Part shown: one piece after another, positions 12,624 to 28,607 of the stretch
Layout of the letters: each line of letters begins with the position of its first letter
Position numbering within the stretch: the stretch's first letter is position 1
NCBI RefSeq assembly: GCF_009914755.1
Contig: NC_060925.1
Length of the DNA stretch: 64,000 nucleotides
Direction: 5' to 3' (one strand)
Origin: the human T2T-CHM13v2.0 reference genome, Homo sapiens
Position numbers and translations under genes: made by a program
The notes under the pieces: generated by a model
What the model was told of the DNA's origin: nothing
Databases searched by the model: none
Seen by the model: the letters and a program-made list of their open reading frames with translations, nothing else

Positions 12624-15600
12624 ATGGAATTGAATGGAATCATCGAATGGTCTCGATTGGAATCATTATCAAATGGAATCGAATGGAATCACCGAATAGA
12701 ATCGAATGGAACAATCATCGAATGGACTCAAATGGAATTATCCTCAAATGGAATCGAATGGAATTATCGAATGCAATCGAATGGAATTATCGAATGCAAT
12801 CGAATAGAATCATCGAATGGACTCGAATGGAATCATCGAATGGAATGGAATGGAACAGTCAATGAACTCGAATGGAATCATCATTGAATGGAATCGAATG
12901 GAATCATCGAGTGGAATCGAATGGAATTATGATCAAATGCAATCGAATGTAATCCTCATCAAATGGAATCAAAAATAACCATCATCAATTGGTATTGAAT
13001 GGAATTGTCATCAAATGGAATTCAAAGGAATCATCATCAAATGGAACCGAATGGAATCCTCATTGAATGGAAATGAAAGGGGTCATCATCTAATGGAATC
13101 GCATGGAATCATCATCAAATGGAATCGAATGGAATCATCATCAAATGGAATCTAATGGAATCATTGAACAGAATTGAATGGAATCGTCATCGAATGAATT
13201 GAATGCAATCATCGAATGGTCTCGAATGGAATCATCTTCTAATGGAAAGGAATGGAATCATCGCATAGAATCGAATGGAATTATCATCGAATGGAATCGA
13301 ATGGTATCAACACCAAACGGAAAAAAACGGAATTATCGAATGGAATCGAAGAGAATCTTCGAACGGACCCGAATGGAATCATCTAATGGAATGGAATGGA
13401 ATAATCCATGGACTCGAATGCAATCATCATCGAATGGAAATGAATGGAATCATCGAATGGACTCGAATGGAATAATCATTGAACGGAATCGAATGGAATC
13501 ATCATCGGATGGAAACGAATGGAATCATCATCGAATGGAAATGAAAGGAGTCATCATCTAATGGAATTGCATGGAATCATCATAAAATGGAATCGAATGG
13601 AATCAACATCAAATGGAATCAAATGGAATCATTGAACGGAATTGAATGGAATCGTCATCGAATGAATTGACTACAATCACCGAATGGTCTCGAATGGAAT
13701 CATCTTCAAATGGAATGGAATGGAATCATCGCATAGAATCGAATGGAATTATCATCGAATGGAATCGAATGGAATCAACATCAAACGGAAAAAAACAGAA
13801 TTATCGTATGCAATCGAAGAGAATCATCGAATGGACCCGAATGGAATCATCTAATGGAATGGAATGGAATAATCCATGGACTCGAATGCAATCATCATCG
13901 AATGGAATCGAATGGAATCATCGAATGGACTCGAATGGAATAATCATTGAACGGAATCGAATGGAATCATCATCGGATGGAAATGAATGGAATCATCATC
14001 GAATGGAATCGAATAGAATTATGGAATGAAATCCAGTGTGATCATCATCGAATGGACCCGAATGGAATCATCATCCAACGGAAGCTAATGGAATCAACAT
14101 CGAATGAATCGAATGGAAACACCATCGAATTGAACCGAATGGAATTATCATGAAATTGAAATGGATGGACTCATCATCGAATGGATTCGAATGGAATCAT
14201 CGAATAAAATTGATTGAAATCATCATCGAATGGAATCGAATGGTATCATTGAATGGAATCGAATGGAATCATCATCAGATGGAAATGAATGGAATCGTCA
14301 TAGAATGGAATCGAATGGATTCATTGAATGGAATCAGATGGAATCATCGAATGGACTGGAATGGAATCATTGAATGGACTCGAAAGGGATCATTATTGAA
14401 TGGAATTGAATGGAATCATCGAATGGTCTCGATTGGAATCATTATCAAATGGAATCGAATGGAATCACCGAATAGAATCGAATGGAACAATCATCGAATG
14501 GACTCAAATGGAATTATCCTCAAATGGAATGGAATGGAATTATCGAATGCAATCGAATGGAATTATCGAATGCAATCGAATAGAATCATCGAATGGACTC
14601 GAATGGAATCATCGAATGGAATGGAATGGAACAGTCAATGAACTCGAATGGAATCATCATTGAATGGAATCGAATGGAATCATCGAGTGGAATCGAATGG
14701 AATTATGATCAAATGGAATCGAATGTAATCATCATCAAATGGAATCAAAAATAACCATCATCAATTGGTATTGAATGGAATTGTCATCAAATGGAATTCA
14801 AAGGAATCATCATCAAATGGAACCGAATGGAATCCTCATTGAATGGAAATGAAAGGGGTCATCATCTAATGGCATCGCATGGAATCATCATCAAATGGAA
14901 TCGAATGGAATCATCATCAAATGGAATCTAATGGAATCATTGAACAGAATTGAATGGAATGGTCATCGAATGAATTGAATGCAATCATCGAATGGTCTCG
15001 AATGGAATCATCTTCTAATGGAAAGGAATGGAATCATCGCATAGAATCGATTGGAATTATCATCGAATGGAATCGAATGGTATCAACACCAAACGGAAAA
15101 AAACGGAATTATCGAATGGAATCGAAGAGAATCTTCGAACGGACCCGAATGGAATCATCTAATGGAATGGAATGGAATAATCCATGGACTCGAATGCAAT
15201 CATCATCGAATGGAATCGAATGGAATCATCGAATGGACTCGAATGGAATAATCATTGAACGGAATCGAATGGAATCATCATCGGATGGAAACGAATGGAA
15301 TCATCATCGAATGGAAATGAAAGGAGTCATCATCTAATGGAATTGCATGGAATCATCATAAAATGGAATCGAATGGAATCAACATCAAATGGAATCAAAT
15401 GGAATCATTGAACGGAATTGAATGGAATCGTCATCGAATGAATTGACTGCAATCATCCAATGGTCTCGAATGGAATCATCTTCAAATGGAATGGAATGGA
15501 ATCATCGCATAGAATCGAATGGAATTATCATCGAATGGAATCGAATGGAATCAACATCAAACGGAAAAAAACGGAATTATCGAATGGAATCGAAGAGAAT

Positions 15601-18600
15601 CATCGAATGGACCCGAATGGAATCATCTAATGGAATGGAATGGAATAATCCATGGACTCGAATGCAATCATCATCGAATGGAATCGAATGGAATCATCGA
15701 ATGGACTCGAATGGAATAATCATTGAACGGAATCGAATGGAATCATCATCGGATGGAAATGAATGGAATCATCATCGAATGGAATCGAATAGAATTATGG
15801 AATGAAATCCAGTGTGATCATCATCGAATGGACCCGAATGGAATCATCATCCAACGGAAGCTAATGGAATCAACATCGAATGAATCAAATGGAAACACCA
15901 TCGAATTGAAACGAATGGAATTATCATGAAATTGAAATGGATGGACTCATCATCGAATGGATTCGAATGGAATCATCGAATAAAATTGATTGAAATCATC
16001 ATCGAATGGAATCGAATGGTATCATTGAATGGAATCGAATGGAATCATCATCAGATGGAAATGAATGGAATCGTCATAGAATGGAATCGAATGGATTCAT
16101 TGAATGGAATCAGATGGAATCATCGAATGGACTGGAATGGAATCATTGAATGGACTCGAAAGGGATCATTATTGAATGGAATTGAATGGAATCATCGAAT
16201 GGTCTCGATTGGAATCATTATCAAATGGAATCGAATGGAATCACCGAATAGAATCGAATGGAACAATCATCGAATGGACTCAAATGGAATTATCCTCCAA
16301 TGGAATGGAATGGAATTATCGAATGCAATCGAATGGAATTATCGAATGCAATCGAATAGAATCATCGAATGGACTCGAATGGAATCATCGAATGGAATGG
16401 AATGGAACAGTCAATGAACTCGAATGGAATCATCATTGAATGGAATCGAATGGAATCATCGAGTGGAATCGAATGGAATTATGATCAAATGGAATCGAAT
16501 GTAATCATCATCAAATGGAATCAAAAATAACCATCATCAATTGGTATTGAATGGAATTGTCATCAAATGGAATTCAAAGGAATCATCATCAAATGGAACC
16601 GAATGGAATCCTCATTGAATGGAAATGAAAGGGGTCATCATCTAATGGAATCGCATGGAATCATCATCAAATGGAATCGAATGGAATCACCATCAAATGG
16701 AATCTAATGGAATCATTGAACAGAATTGAATGGAATCGTCATCGAATGAATTGAATGCAATCATCGAATGGTCTCGAATGGATTCATCTTCTAATGAAAA
16801 GGAATGGAATCATCGCATAGAATCGAATGGAATTATCATCGAATGGAATCGAATGGTATCAACACCAAACGGAAAAAAACGGAATTATCGAATGGAATCG
16901 AAGAGAATCTTCGAACGGACCCGAATGGAATCATCTAATGGAATGGAATGGAATAATCCATGGACTCGAATGCAATCATCATCGAATGGAATCGAATGGA
17001 ATCATCGAATGGACTCGAATGGAATAATCATTGAACGGAATCGATTGGAATCATCATCGGATGGAAACGAATGGAATCATCATCGAATGGAAATGAAAGG
17101 AGTCATCATCTAATGGAATTGCATGGAATCATCATAAAATGGAATCGAATGGAATCAACATCAAATGGAATCAAATGGAATCATTGAACGGAATTGAATG
17201 GAATCGTCATCGAATGAATTGACTGCAATCATCCAATGGTCTCGAATGGAATCATCTTCAAATGGAATGGAATGGAATCATCGCATAGAATCGAATGGAA
17301 TTATCATCGAATGGAATCGAATGGAATCAACATCCAACGGAAAAAAACGGAATTATCGAATGGAATCGAAGAGAATCATCGAATGGACCCGAATGGAATC
17401 ATCTAATGGAATGGAATGGAATAATCCATGGACTCGAATGCAATCATCATCGAATGGAATCGAATGGAATCATCGAATGGACTCGAATGGAATAATCATT
17501 GAACGGAATCGAATGGAATCATCATCGGATGGAAATGAATGGAATCATCATCGAATGGAATCGAATAGAATTATGGAATGAAATCCAGTGTGATCATCAT
17601 CGAATGGACCCGAATGGAATCATCATCCAACGGAAGCTAATGGAATCAACATCGAATGAATCAAATGGAAACACCATCGAATTGAAACGAATGGAATTAT
17701 CATGAAATTGAAATGGATGGACTCATCATCGAATGGATTCGAATGGAATCATCGAATAAAATTGATTGAAATCATCATCGAATGGAATCGAATGGTATCA
17801 TTGAATGGAATCGAATGGAATCATCATCAGATGGAAATGAATGGAATCGTCATAGAATGGAATCGAATGGATTCATTGAATGGAATCAGATGGAATCATC
17901 GAATGGACTGGAATGGAATCATTGAATGGACTCGAAAGGGATCATTATTGAATGGAATTGAATGGAATCATCGAATGGTCTCGATTGGAATCATTATCAA
18001 ATGGAATCGAATGGAATCACCGAATAGAATCGAATGGAACAATCATCGAATGGACTCAAATGGAATTATCCTCAAATGGAATCAAATGGAATTATCGAAT
18101 GCAATCGAATGGAATTATCGAATGCAATCGAATAGAATCATCGAATGGACTCGAATGGAATCATCGAATGGAATGGAATGGAACAGTCAATGAACTCGAA
18201 TGGAATCATCATTGAATGGAATCGAATGGAATCATCGAGTGGAATCGAATGGAATTATGATCAAATGGAATCGAATGTAATCATCATCAAATAGAATCAA
18301 AAATAACCATCATCAATTGGTATTGAATGGAATTGTCATCAAATGGAATTCAAAGGAATCATCATCAAATGGAACCGAATGGAATCCTCATTGAATGGAA
18401 ATGAAAGGGGTCATCATCTAATGGAATCGCATGGAATCATCATAAAATGGAATCGAATGAAATCAACATCAAATGGAATCAAATGGAATCATTGAACGGA
18501 ATTGAATGGAATCGTCATCGAATGAATTGGATGCAATCATCGAATGGTCTCGAATGGAATCTTCTTCAAATGGAATGGAATGGAATCATCGCATAGAATC

Positions 18601-21600
18601 GAATGGAATTATCATCGAATGGAATCGAATGGAATCAACATCAAACGGAAAAAAACGGAATTATCGAATGGAATCGAAGAGAATCATCGAATGGACCCGA
18701 ATGGAATCATCTAATGGAATGGAATGGAATAATCCATGGACTCGAATGCAATCATCATCGAATGGAATCGAATGGAATCATCGAATGGACTCGAATGGAA
18801 TAATCATTGAACGGAATCGATTGGAATCATCATCGGATGGAAACGAATGGAATCATCATCGAATGGAAATGAAAGGAGTCATCATCTAATGGAATTGCAT
18901 GGAATCATCATAAAATGGAATCGAATGGAATCAACATCAAATGGAATCAAATGGAATCATTGAACGGAATTGAATGGAATCGTCATCGAATGAATTGACT
19001 GCAATCATCCAATGGTCTCGAATGGAATCATCTTCAAATGGAATGGAATGGAATCATCGCATAGAATCGAATGGAATTATCATCGAATGGAATCGAATGG
19101 AATCAACATCAAACGGAAAAAAACGGAATTATCGAATGGAATCGAAGAGAATCATCGAATGGACCCGAATGGAATCATCTAATGGAATGGAATGGAATAA
19201 TCCATGGACTCGAATGCAATCATCATCGAATGGAATCGAATGGAATCATCGAATGGACTCGAATGGAATAATCATTGAACGGAATAGAATGGAATCATCA
19301 TCGGATGGAAATGAATGGAATCATCATCGAATGGAATCGAATACAATTATGGAATGAAATCCAGTGTGATCATCATCGAATGGACCCGAATGGAATCATC
19401 ATCCAACGGAAGCTAATGGAATCAACATCGAATGAATCAAATGGAAACACCATCGAATTGAAACGAATGGAATTATCATGAAATTGAAATGGATGGACTC
19501 ATCATCGAATGGATTCGAAAGGAATCATCGAATAAAATTGATTGAAATCATCATCGAATGGAATCGAATGGTATCATTGAATGGAATCGAATGGAATCAT
19601 CATCAGATGGAAATGAATGGAATCGTCATAGAATGGAATCGAATGGATTCATTGAATGGAATCAGATGGAATCATCGAATGGACTGGAATGGAATCATTG
19701 AATGGACTCGAAAGGGATCATGATTGAATGGAATTGAATGGAATCATCGAATGGTCTCGATTGGAATCATTATCAAATGGAATCGAATGGAATCACCGAA
19801 TAGAATCGAATGGAACAATCATCGAATGGACTCAAATGGAATTATCCTCAAATGGAATCGAATGGAATTATCGAATGCAATCGAATGGAATTATCGAATG
19901 CAATCGAATAGAATGATCGAATGGACTCGAATGGAATCATTGAATGGAATGGAATGGAACAGTCAATGAACTCGAATGGAATCATCATTGAATGGAATCG
20001 AATGGAATCATCGAGTGGAATCGAATGGAATTATGATCAAATGGAATCGAATGTAATCATCATCAAATGGAATCAAAAATAACCATCATCAATTGGTATT
20101 GAATGGAATTGTCATCAAATGGAATTCAAAGGAATCAATATCAAATGGAACCGAATGGAATCCTCATTGAATGGAAATGAAAGGGGTCATCATCTAATGG
20201 AATCGCATGGAATCATCATCAAATGGAATCGAATGGAATCATCATCAAATGGAATCTAATGGAATCATTGAACAGAATTGAATGGAATCGTCATCGAATG
20301 AATTGAATGCAATCATCGAATGGTCTCGAATGGAATCATCTTCTAATGGAAAGGAATGGAATCATCGCATAGAATCGAATGGAATTATCATCGAATGGAA
20401 TCGAATGGTATCAACACCAAACGGAAAAAAACGGAATTATCGAATGGAATCGAAGAGAATCTTCGAACGGACCCGAATGGAATCATCTAATGGAATGGAA
20501 TGGAATAATCCATGGACTCGAATGCAATCATCAACGAATGGAATCGAAGGGAATCATCGAATGGACTCGAATGGAATAATCATTGAACGGAATCGAATGG
20601 AATCATCATCGGATGGAAAAAAATGGAATCATCATCGAATGGAAATGAAAGGAGTCATCATCTAATGGAATTGCATGGAATCATCATAAAATGGAATCGA
20701 ATGGAATCAACATCAAATGGAATCAAATGGAATCATTGAACGGAATTGAATGGAATCGTCATCGAATGAATTGACTGCAATCATCGAATGGTCTCGAATG
20801 GAATCATCTTCAAATGGAATGGAATGGAATCATCGCATAGAATCGAATGGAATTATCATCGAATGGAATCGAATGGAATCAACATCAAACGGAAAAAAAC
20901 GGAATTATCGAATGGAATCGAAGAGAATCATCGAATGGACCCGAATGGAATCATCTAATGGAATGGAATGGAATAATCCATGGACTCGAATGCAATCATC
21001 ATCGAATGGAATCGAATGGAATCATCGAATGGACTCGAATGGAATAATCATTGAACGGAATCGAATGGAATCATCATCGGATGGAAATGAATGGAATCAT
21101 CATCGAATGGAATCGAATAGAATTATGGAATGAAATCCAGTGTGATCATCATCGAATGGACCCGAATGGAATCATCATCCAACGGAAGCTAATGGAATCA
21201 ACATCGAATGAATCGAATGGAAACACCATCGAATTGAAACGAATGGAATTATCATGAAATTGAAATGGATGGACTCATCATCGAATGGATTCGAATGGAA
21301 TCATCGAATAAAATTGATTGAAATCATCATCCAATGGAATCGAATGGTATCATTGAATGGAATCGAATGGAATCATCATCAGATGGAAATGAATGGAATC
21401 GTCATAGAATGGAATCGAATGGATTCATTGAATGGAATCAGATGGAATCATCGAATGGACTGGAATGGAATCATTGAATGGACTCGAAAGGGATCATGAT
21501 TGAATGGAATTGAATGGAATCATCGAATGGTCTCGATTGGAATCATTATCAAATGGAATCGAATGGAATCATCGAATAGAATCGAATGGAACAATCATCG

Positions 21601-24600
21601 AATGGACTCAAATGGAATTATCCTCAAATGGAATCGAATGGAATTATCGAATGCAATCGAATGGAATTATCGAATGCAATCGAATAGAATCATCGAATGG
21701 ACTCGATTGGAATCATCGAATGGAATGGAATGGAACAGTCAATGAACACGAATGGAATCATCATTGAATGGAATCTAATGGAATCATCGAGTGGAATCGA
21801 ATGGAATTATGATCAAATGGAATCGAATGTAATCATCATCAAATGGAATCAAAAATAACCATCATCAATTGGTATTGAATGGAATTGTCATCAAATGGAA
21901 TTCAAAGGAATCATCATCAAATGGAACCGAATGGAATCCTCATTGAATGGAAATGAAAGGGGTCATCATCTAATGGAATCGCATGGAATCATCATCAAAT
22001 GGAATCGAATGGAATCATCATCAAATGGAATCTAATGGAATCATTGAACAGAATTGAATGGAATCGTCATCGAATGAATTGAATGCAATCATCGAATGGT
22101 CTCGAATGGAATCATCTTCTAATGGAAAGGAATGGAATCATCGCATAGAATCGAATGGAATTATCATCGAATGGAATCGAATGGTATCAACACCAAACGG
22201 AAAAAAACGGAATTATCGAATGGAATCGAAGAGAATCTTCGAACGGACCCGAATGGAATCATCTAATGGAATGGAATGGAATAATCCATGGACTCGAATG
22301 CAATCATCATCGAATGGAATCGAATGGAATCATCGAATGGACTCGAATGGAATAATCATTGAACGGAATCGAATGGAATCATCATCGGATGGAAACGAAT
22401 GGAATCATCATCGAATGGAAATGAAAGGAGTCATCATCTAATGCAATTGCATGGAATCATCATCAAATGGAATCGAATGGAATCAACATCAAATGGAATC
22501 TAATGGAATCATTGAACAGAATTGAATGGAATCGTCATCGAATGAATTGACTGCAATCATCGAATGGTCTCGAATGGAATCATCTTCTAATGGAAAGGAA
22601 TGGAATCATCGCATAGAATCGAATGGAATTATCATCGAATGGAATCGAATGGTATCAACACCAAACGGAAAAAAACGGAATTATCGAAAGGAATCGAAGA
22701 GAATCTTCGAACGGACCCGAATGGAATCATCTAATGGAATGGAATGGAATAATCCATGGACTCGAATGCAATCATCATCGAATGGAATCGAATGGAATCA
22801 TCGAATGGACTCGAATGGAATAATCATTGAACGGAATCGAATGGAATCATCATCGGATGGAAATGAATGGAATCATCATCGCATGGAATCGAATAGAATT
22901 ATGGAATGAAATCCAGTGTGATCATCATCGAATGGACCCGAATGGAATCATCATCCAACAGAAGCTAATGGAATCAACATCGAATGAATTGAATGGAAAC
23001 ACCATCGAATTCAAACGAATGGAATTACCATGAAATTGAAATGGATGGACTCATCATCGAATGGATTCGGATGGAATCATCGAATAAAATTGATTGAAAT
23101 CATCATCGAATGGAATCGAATGGTATCATTGAATGGAATCGAATGGAATCATCATCAGATGGAAATGAATGGAATCGTCATAGAATGGAATCGAATGGAT
23201 TCATTGAATGGAATCAGATGGAATCATCGAATGGACTGGAATGGAATCATTGAATGGACTCGAAAGGGATCATGATTGAATGGAATTGAATGGAATCATC
23301 GAATGGTCTCGATTGGAATCATTATTAAATGGAATCGAATGGAATCACCGAATAGAATCGAATGGAACAATCATCGAATGGACTCAAATGGAATTATCCT
23401 CAAATGGAATCGAATGGAATTATCAAATGCAATCGAATGGAATTATCGAATGCAATCGAATAGAATCATCGAATGGACTCGAATGGAATCATCGAATGGA
23501 ATGGAATGGAACAGTCAATGAACTCGAATGGAATCATCATTGAATGGAATCGAATGTAATCATCGAGTGAAATCGAATGGAATTATGATCAAATGGAATC
23601 GAATGTAATCATCATCAAATGGAATCAAAAATAACCATCATCAATTGGTATTGAATGGAATTGTCATCAAATGGAATTCAAAGGAATCATCATCAAATGG
23701 AACCGAATGGAATCCTCATTGAATGGAAATGAAAGGGGTCATCATCTAATGGAATCGCATGGAATCATCATCAAATGGAATCGAATGGAATCATCATCAA
23801 ATGGAATCTAATGGAATCATTGAACAGAATTGAATGGAATCGTCATCGAATGAATTGAATGCAATCATCGAATGGTCTCGAATGGAATCATCTTCTAATG
23901 GAAAGGAATGGAATCATCGCATAGAATCGAATGGAATTATCATCGAATGGAATCGAATGGTATCAACACCAAACGGAAAAAAACGGAATTATCGAATGGA
24001 ATCGAAGAGAATCTTCGAACGGACCCGAATGGAATCATCTAATGGAATGGAATGGAATAATCCATGGACTCGAATGCAATCATCATCGAATGGAATCGAA
24101 TGGAATCATCGAATGGACTCGAATGGAATAATCATTGAACGGAATCGAATGGAATCATCATCGGATGGAAACGAATGGAATCATCATCGAATGGAAATGA
24201 AAGGAGTCATCATCTAATGGAATTGCATGGAATCATCATAAAATGGAATCGAATGGAATCAACATCAAATGGAATCAAATGGAATCATTGAACGGAATTG
24301 AATGGAATCGTCATCGAATGAATTGACTGCAATCATCGAATGGTCTCGAATGGAATCATCTTCAAATGGAATGGAATGGAATCATCGCATAGAATCGAAT
24401 GGAATTATCAACGAATGGAATCGAATGGAATCAACATCAAATGGAAAAAAACAGAATTATCGTATGGAATCGAAGAGAATCATCGAGTGGACCCGAATGG
24501 AATCATCTAATGGAATGGAATGGAATAATCCATGGACTCGAATGCAATCATCATCGAATGGAATCGAATGGAATCATCGAATGGACTCGAATGGAATAAT

Positions 24601-27600
24601 CATTGAACGGAATCGAATGGAATCATCATCGGATGGAAATGAATGGAATCATCATCGAATGGAATCGAATAGAATTATGGAATGAAATCCAGTGTGATCA
24701 TCATCGAATGGACCCGAATGGAATCATCATCCAACGGAAGCTAATGGAATCAACATCGAATGAATCGAATGGAAACACCATCGAATTGAAACGAATGGAA
24801 TTATCATGAAATTGAAATGGATGGACTCATCATCGAATGGATTTGAATGGAATCATCGAATAAAATTGATTGAAATCATCATCCAATGGAATCGAATGGT
24901 ATCATTGAATGGAATCGAATGGAATCATCATCAGATGGAAATGAATGGAATCGTCATAGAATGGAATCGAATGGATTCATTGAATGGAATCAGATGGAAT
25001 CATCGAATGGACTGGAATGGAATCATTGAATGGACTCGAAAGGGATCATGATTGAATGGAATTGAATGGAATCATCGAATGGTCTCGATTGGAATCATTA
25101 TCAAATGGAATCGAATGGAATCATCGAATAGAATCGAATGGAACAATCATCGAATGGACTCAAATGGAATTATCCTCAAATGGAATCGAATGGAATTATC
25201 GAATGCAATCGAATGGAATTATCGAATGCAATCGAATAGAATCATCGAATGGACTCGAATGGAATCATCGAATGGAATGGAATGGAACAGTCAATGAACA
25301 CGAATGGAATCATCATTGAATGGAATCTAATGGAATCATCGAGTGGAATCGAATGGAATTATGATCAAATGGAATCGAATGTAATCATCATCAAATGGAA
25401 TCAAAAATAACCATCATCAATTGCTATTGAATGGAATTGTCATCAAATGGAATTCAAAGGAATCATCATCAAATGGAACCGAATGGAATCCTCATTGAAT
25501 GGAAATGAAAGGGGTCATCATCTAATGGAATCGCATGGAATCATCATCAAATGGAATCGAATGGAATCATCATCAAATGGAATCTAATGGAATCATTGAA
25601 CAGAATTGAATGGAATCGTCATCGAATGAATTGAATGCAATCATCGAATGGTCTCGAATGGAATCATCTTCTAATGGAAAGGAATGGAATCATCGCATAG
25701 AATCGAATGGAATTATCATCGAATGGAATCGAATGGTATCAACACCAAACGGAAAAAAACGGAATTATCGAATGGAATCGAAGAGAATCTTCGAACGGAC
25801 CCGAATGGAATCATCTAATGGAATGGAATGGAATAATCCATGGACTCGAATGCAATCATCATCGAATGGAATCGAATGGAATCATCGAATGGACTCGAAT
25901 GGAATAATCATTGAACGGAATCGAATGGAATCATCATCGGATGGAAACGAATGGAATCATCATCGAATGGAAATGAAAGGAGTCATCATCTAATGCAATT
26001 GCATGGAATCATCATCAAATAGAATCGAATGGAATCAACATCAAATGGAATCTAATGGAATCATTGAACAGAATTGAATGGAATCGTCATCGAATGAATT
26101 GACTGCAATCATCGAATGGTCTCGAATGGAATCATCTTCAAATGGAATGGAATGGAATCATCGCATAGAATCGAATGGAATTATCATCGAATGGAATCGA
26201 ATGGAATCAACAACAAACGGAAAAAAACGGAATTATCGAATGGAATCGAAGAGAATCATCGAATGGACCCGAATGGAATCATCTAATGGAATGGAATGGA
26301 ATAATCCATGGACTCGAATGCAATCATCATCGAATGGAATCGAATGGAATCATCGAATGGACTCGAATGGAATAATCATTGAACGGAATCGAATGGAATC
26401 ATCATCGGATGGAAATGAATGGAATCATTATCGAATGGAATCGAATAGAATTATGGAATGAAATCCAGTGTGATCATCATCGAATGGACCCGAATGGAAT
26501 CATCATCCAACGGAAGCTAATGGAATCAACATCGAATGAATCAAATGGAAACACCATCGAATTGAAACGAATGGAATTATCATGAAATTGAAACGGATGG
26601 ACTCATCATCGAATGGATTCGAATGGAATCATCGAATAAAATTGATTGAAATCATCATCGAATGGAATCGAATGGTATCATTGAATGGAATCGAATGGAA
26701 TCATCATCAGATGGAAATGAATGGAATCGTCATAGAATGGAATCGAATGGATTCATTGAATGGAATCAGATGGAATCATCGAATGGACTGGAATGGAATC
26801 ATTGAATGGACTCGAAAGGGATCATGATTGAATGGAATTGAATGGAATCATCGAATGGTCTCGATTGGAATCATTATCAAATGGAATCGAATGGAATCAC
26901 CGAATAGAATCGAATGGAACAATCATCGAATGGACTCAAATGGAATTATCCTCAAATGGAATCGAATGGAATTATCGAATGCAATCGAATGGAATTATCG
27001 AATGCAATCGAATAGAATCATCGAATGGACTCGAATGGAATCATCGAATGGAATGGAATGGAACAGTCAATGAACTCGAATGGAATCATCATTGAATGGA
27101 ATCGAATGGAATCATCGAGTGGAATCGAATGGAATTATGATCAAATGGAATCGAATGTAATCATCATCAAATGGAATCAAAAATAACCATCATCAATTGG
27201 TATTGAATGGAATTGTCATCAAATGGAATTCAAAGGAATCATCATCAAATGGAACCGAATGGAATCCTCATTGAATGGAAATGAAAGGGGTCATCATCTA
27301 ATGGAATCGCATGGAATCATCATCAAATGGAATCGAATGGAATCATCATCAAATGGAATCTAATGGAATCATTGAACAGAATTGAATGGAATCGTCATCG
27401 AATGAATTGAATGCAATCATCGAATGGTCTCGAATGGAATCATCTTCTAATGGAAAGGAATGGAATCATCGCATAGAATCGAATGGAATTATCATCGAAT
27501 GGAATCGAATGGTATCAACACCAAACGGAAAAAAACGGAATTATCGAATGGAATCGAAGAGAATCTTCGAACGGACCCGAATGGAATCATCTAATGGAAT

Positions 27601-28607
27601 GGAATGGAATAATCCATGGACTCGAATGCAATCATCATCGAATGGAATCGAATGGAATCATCGAATGGACTCGAATGGAATAATCATTGAACGGAATCGA
27701 ATGGAATCATTATCAGATGGAAACGAATGGAATCATCATCGAATGGAAATGAAAGGAGTCATCATCTAATGGAATTGCATGGAATCATCATAAAATGGAA
27801 TCGAATGGAATCAACATCAAATGGAATCAAATGGAATCATTGAACGGAATTGAATGGAATCGTCATCGAATGAATTGACTGCAATCATCGAATGGTCTCG
27901 AATGGAATCATCTTCAAATGGAATGGAATGGAATCATCGCATAGAATCGAATGGAATTATCATCGAATGGAATCGAATGGAATCAACATCAAACGGAAAA
28001 AAACGGAATTATCGTATGGAATCGAAGAGAATCATCGAATGGACCCGAATGGAATCATCTAATGGAATGGAATGGAATAATCCATGGACTCGAATGCAAT
28101 CATCATCGAATGGATTCGAATGGAATCATCGAATGGACTCGAATGGAATAATCATTGAACGGAATAGAATGGAATCATCATCGGATGGAAATGAATGGAA
28201 TCATCATCGAATGGAATCGAATAGAATTATGGAATGAAATCCAGTGTGATCATCATCGAATGGACCCGAATGGAATCATCATCCAACGGAAGCTAATGGA
28301 ATCAACATCGAATGAATCGAATGGAAACACCATCGAATTGAAACGAATGGAATTATCATGAAATTGAAATGGATGGACTCATCATCGAATGGATTCGAAT
28401 GGAATCATCGAATAAAATTGATTGAAATCATCATCGAATGGAATCGAATGGTATCATTGAATGGAATCGAATGGAATCATCATCAGATGGAAATGAATGG
28501 AATCGTCATAGAATGGAATCGAATGGATTCATTGAATGGAATCAGATGGAATCATCGAATGGACTGGAATGGAATCATTGAATGGACTCGAAAGGGATCA
28601 TGATTGA
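12624..28607 (+). repeat. Length-homogeneous block of nine consecutive 1,776-bp units
   Basis: Anchor ORF starts at 12624, 14400, 16176, 17952, 19728, 21504, 23280, 25056, 26832 and 28608, all exactly 1,776 apart. Confidence 0.95.

Noticed and set aside
14150-14641. Longer 163-aa ORF variant recurring in several units
   Set aside because: Arises from a single substitution removing a TGA (CATGATT to CATTATT or CATCATT). It is a haplotype marker, not evidence of coding selection.
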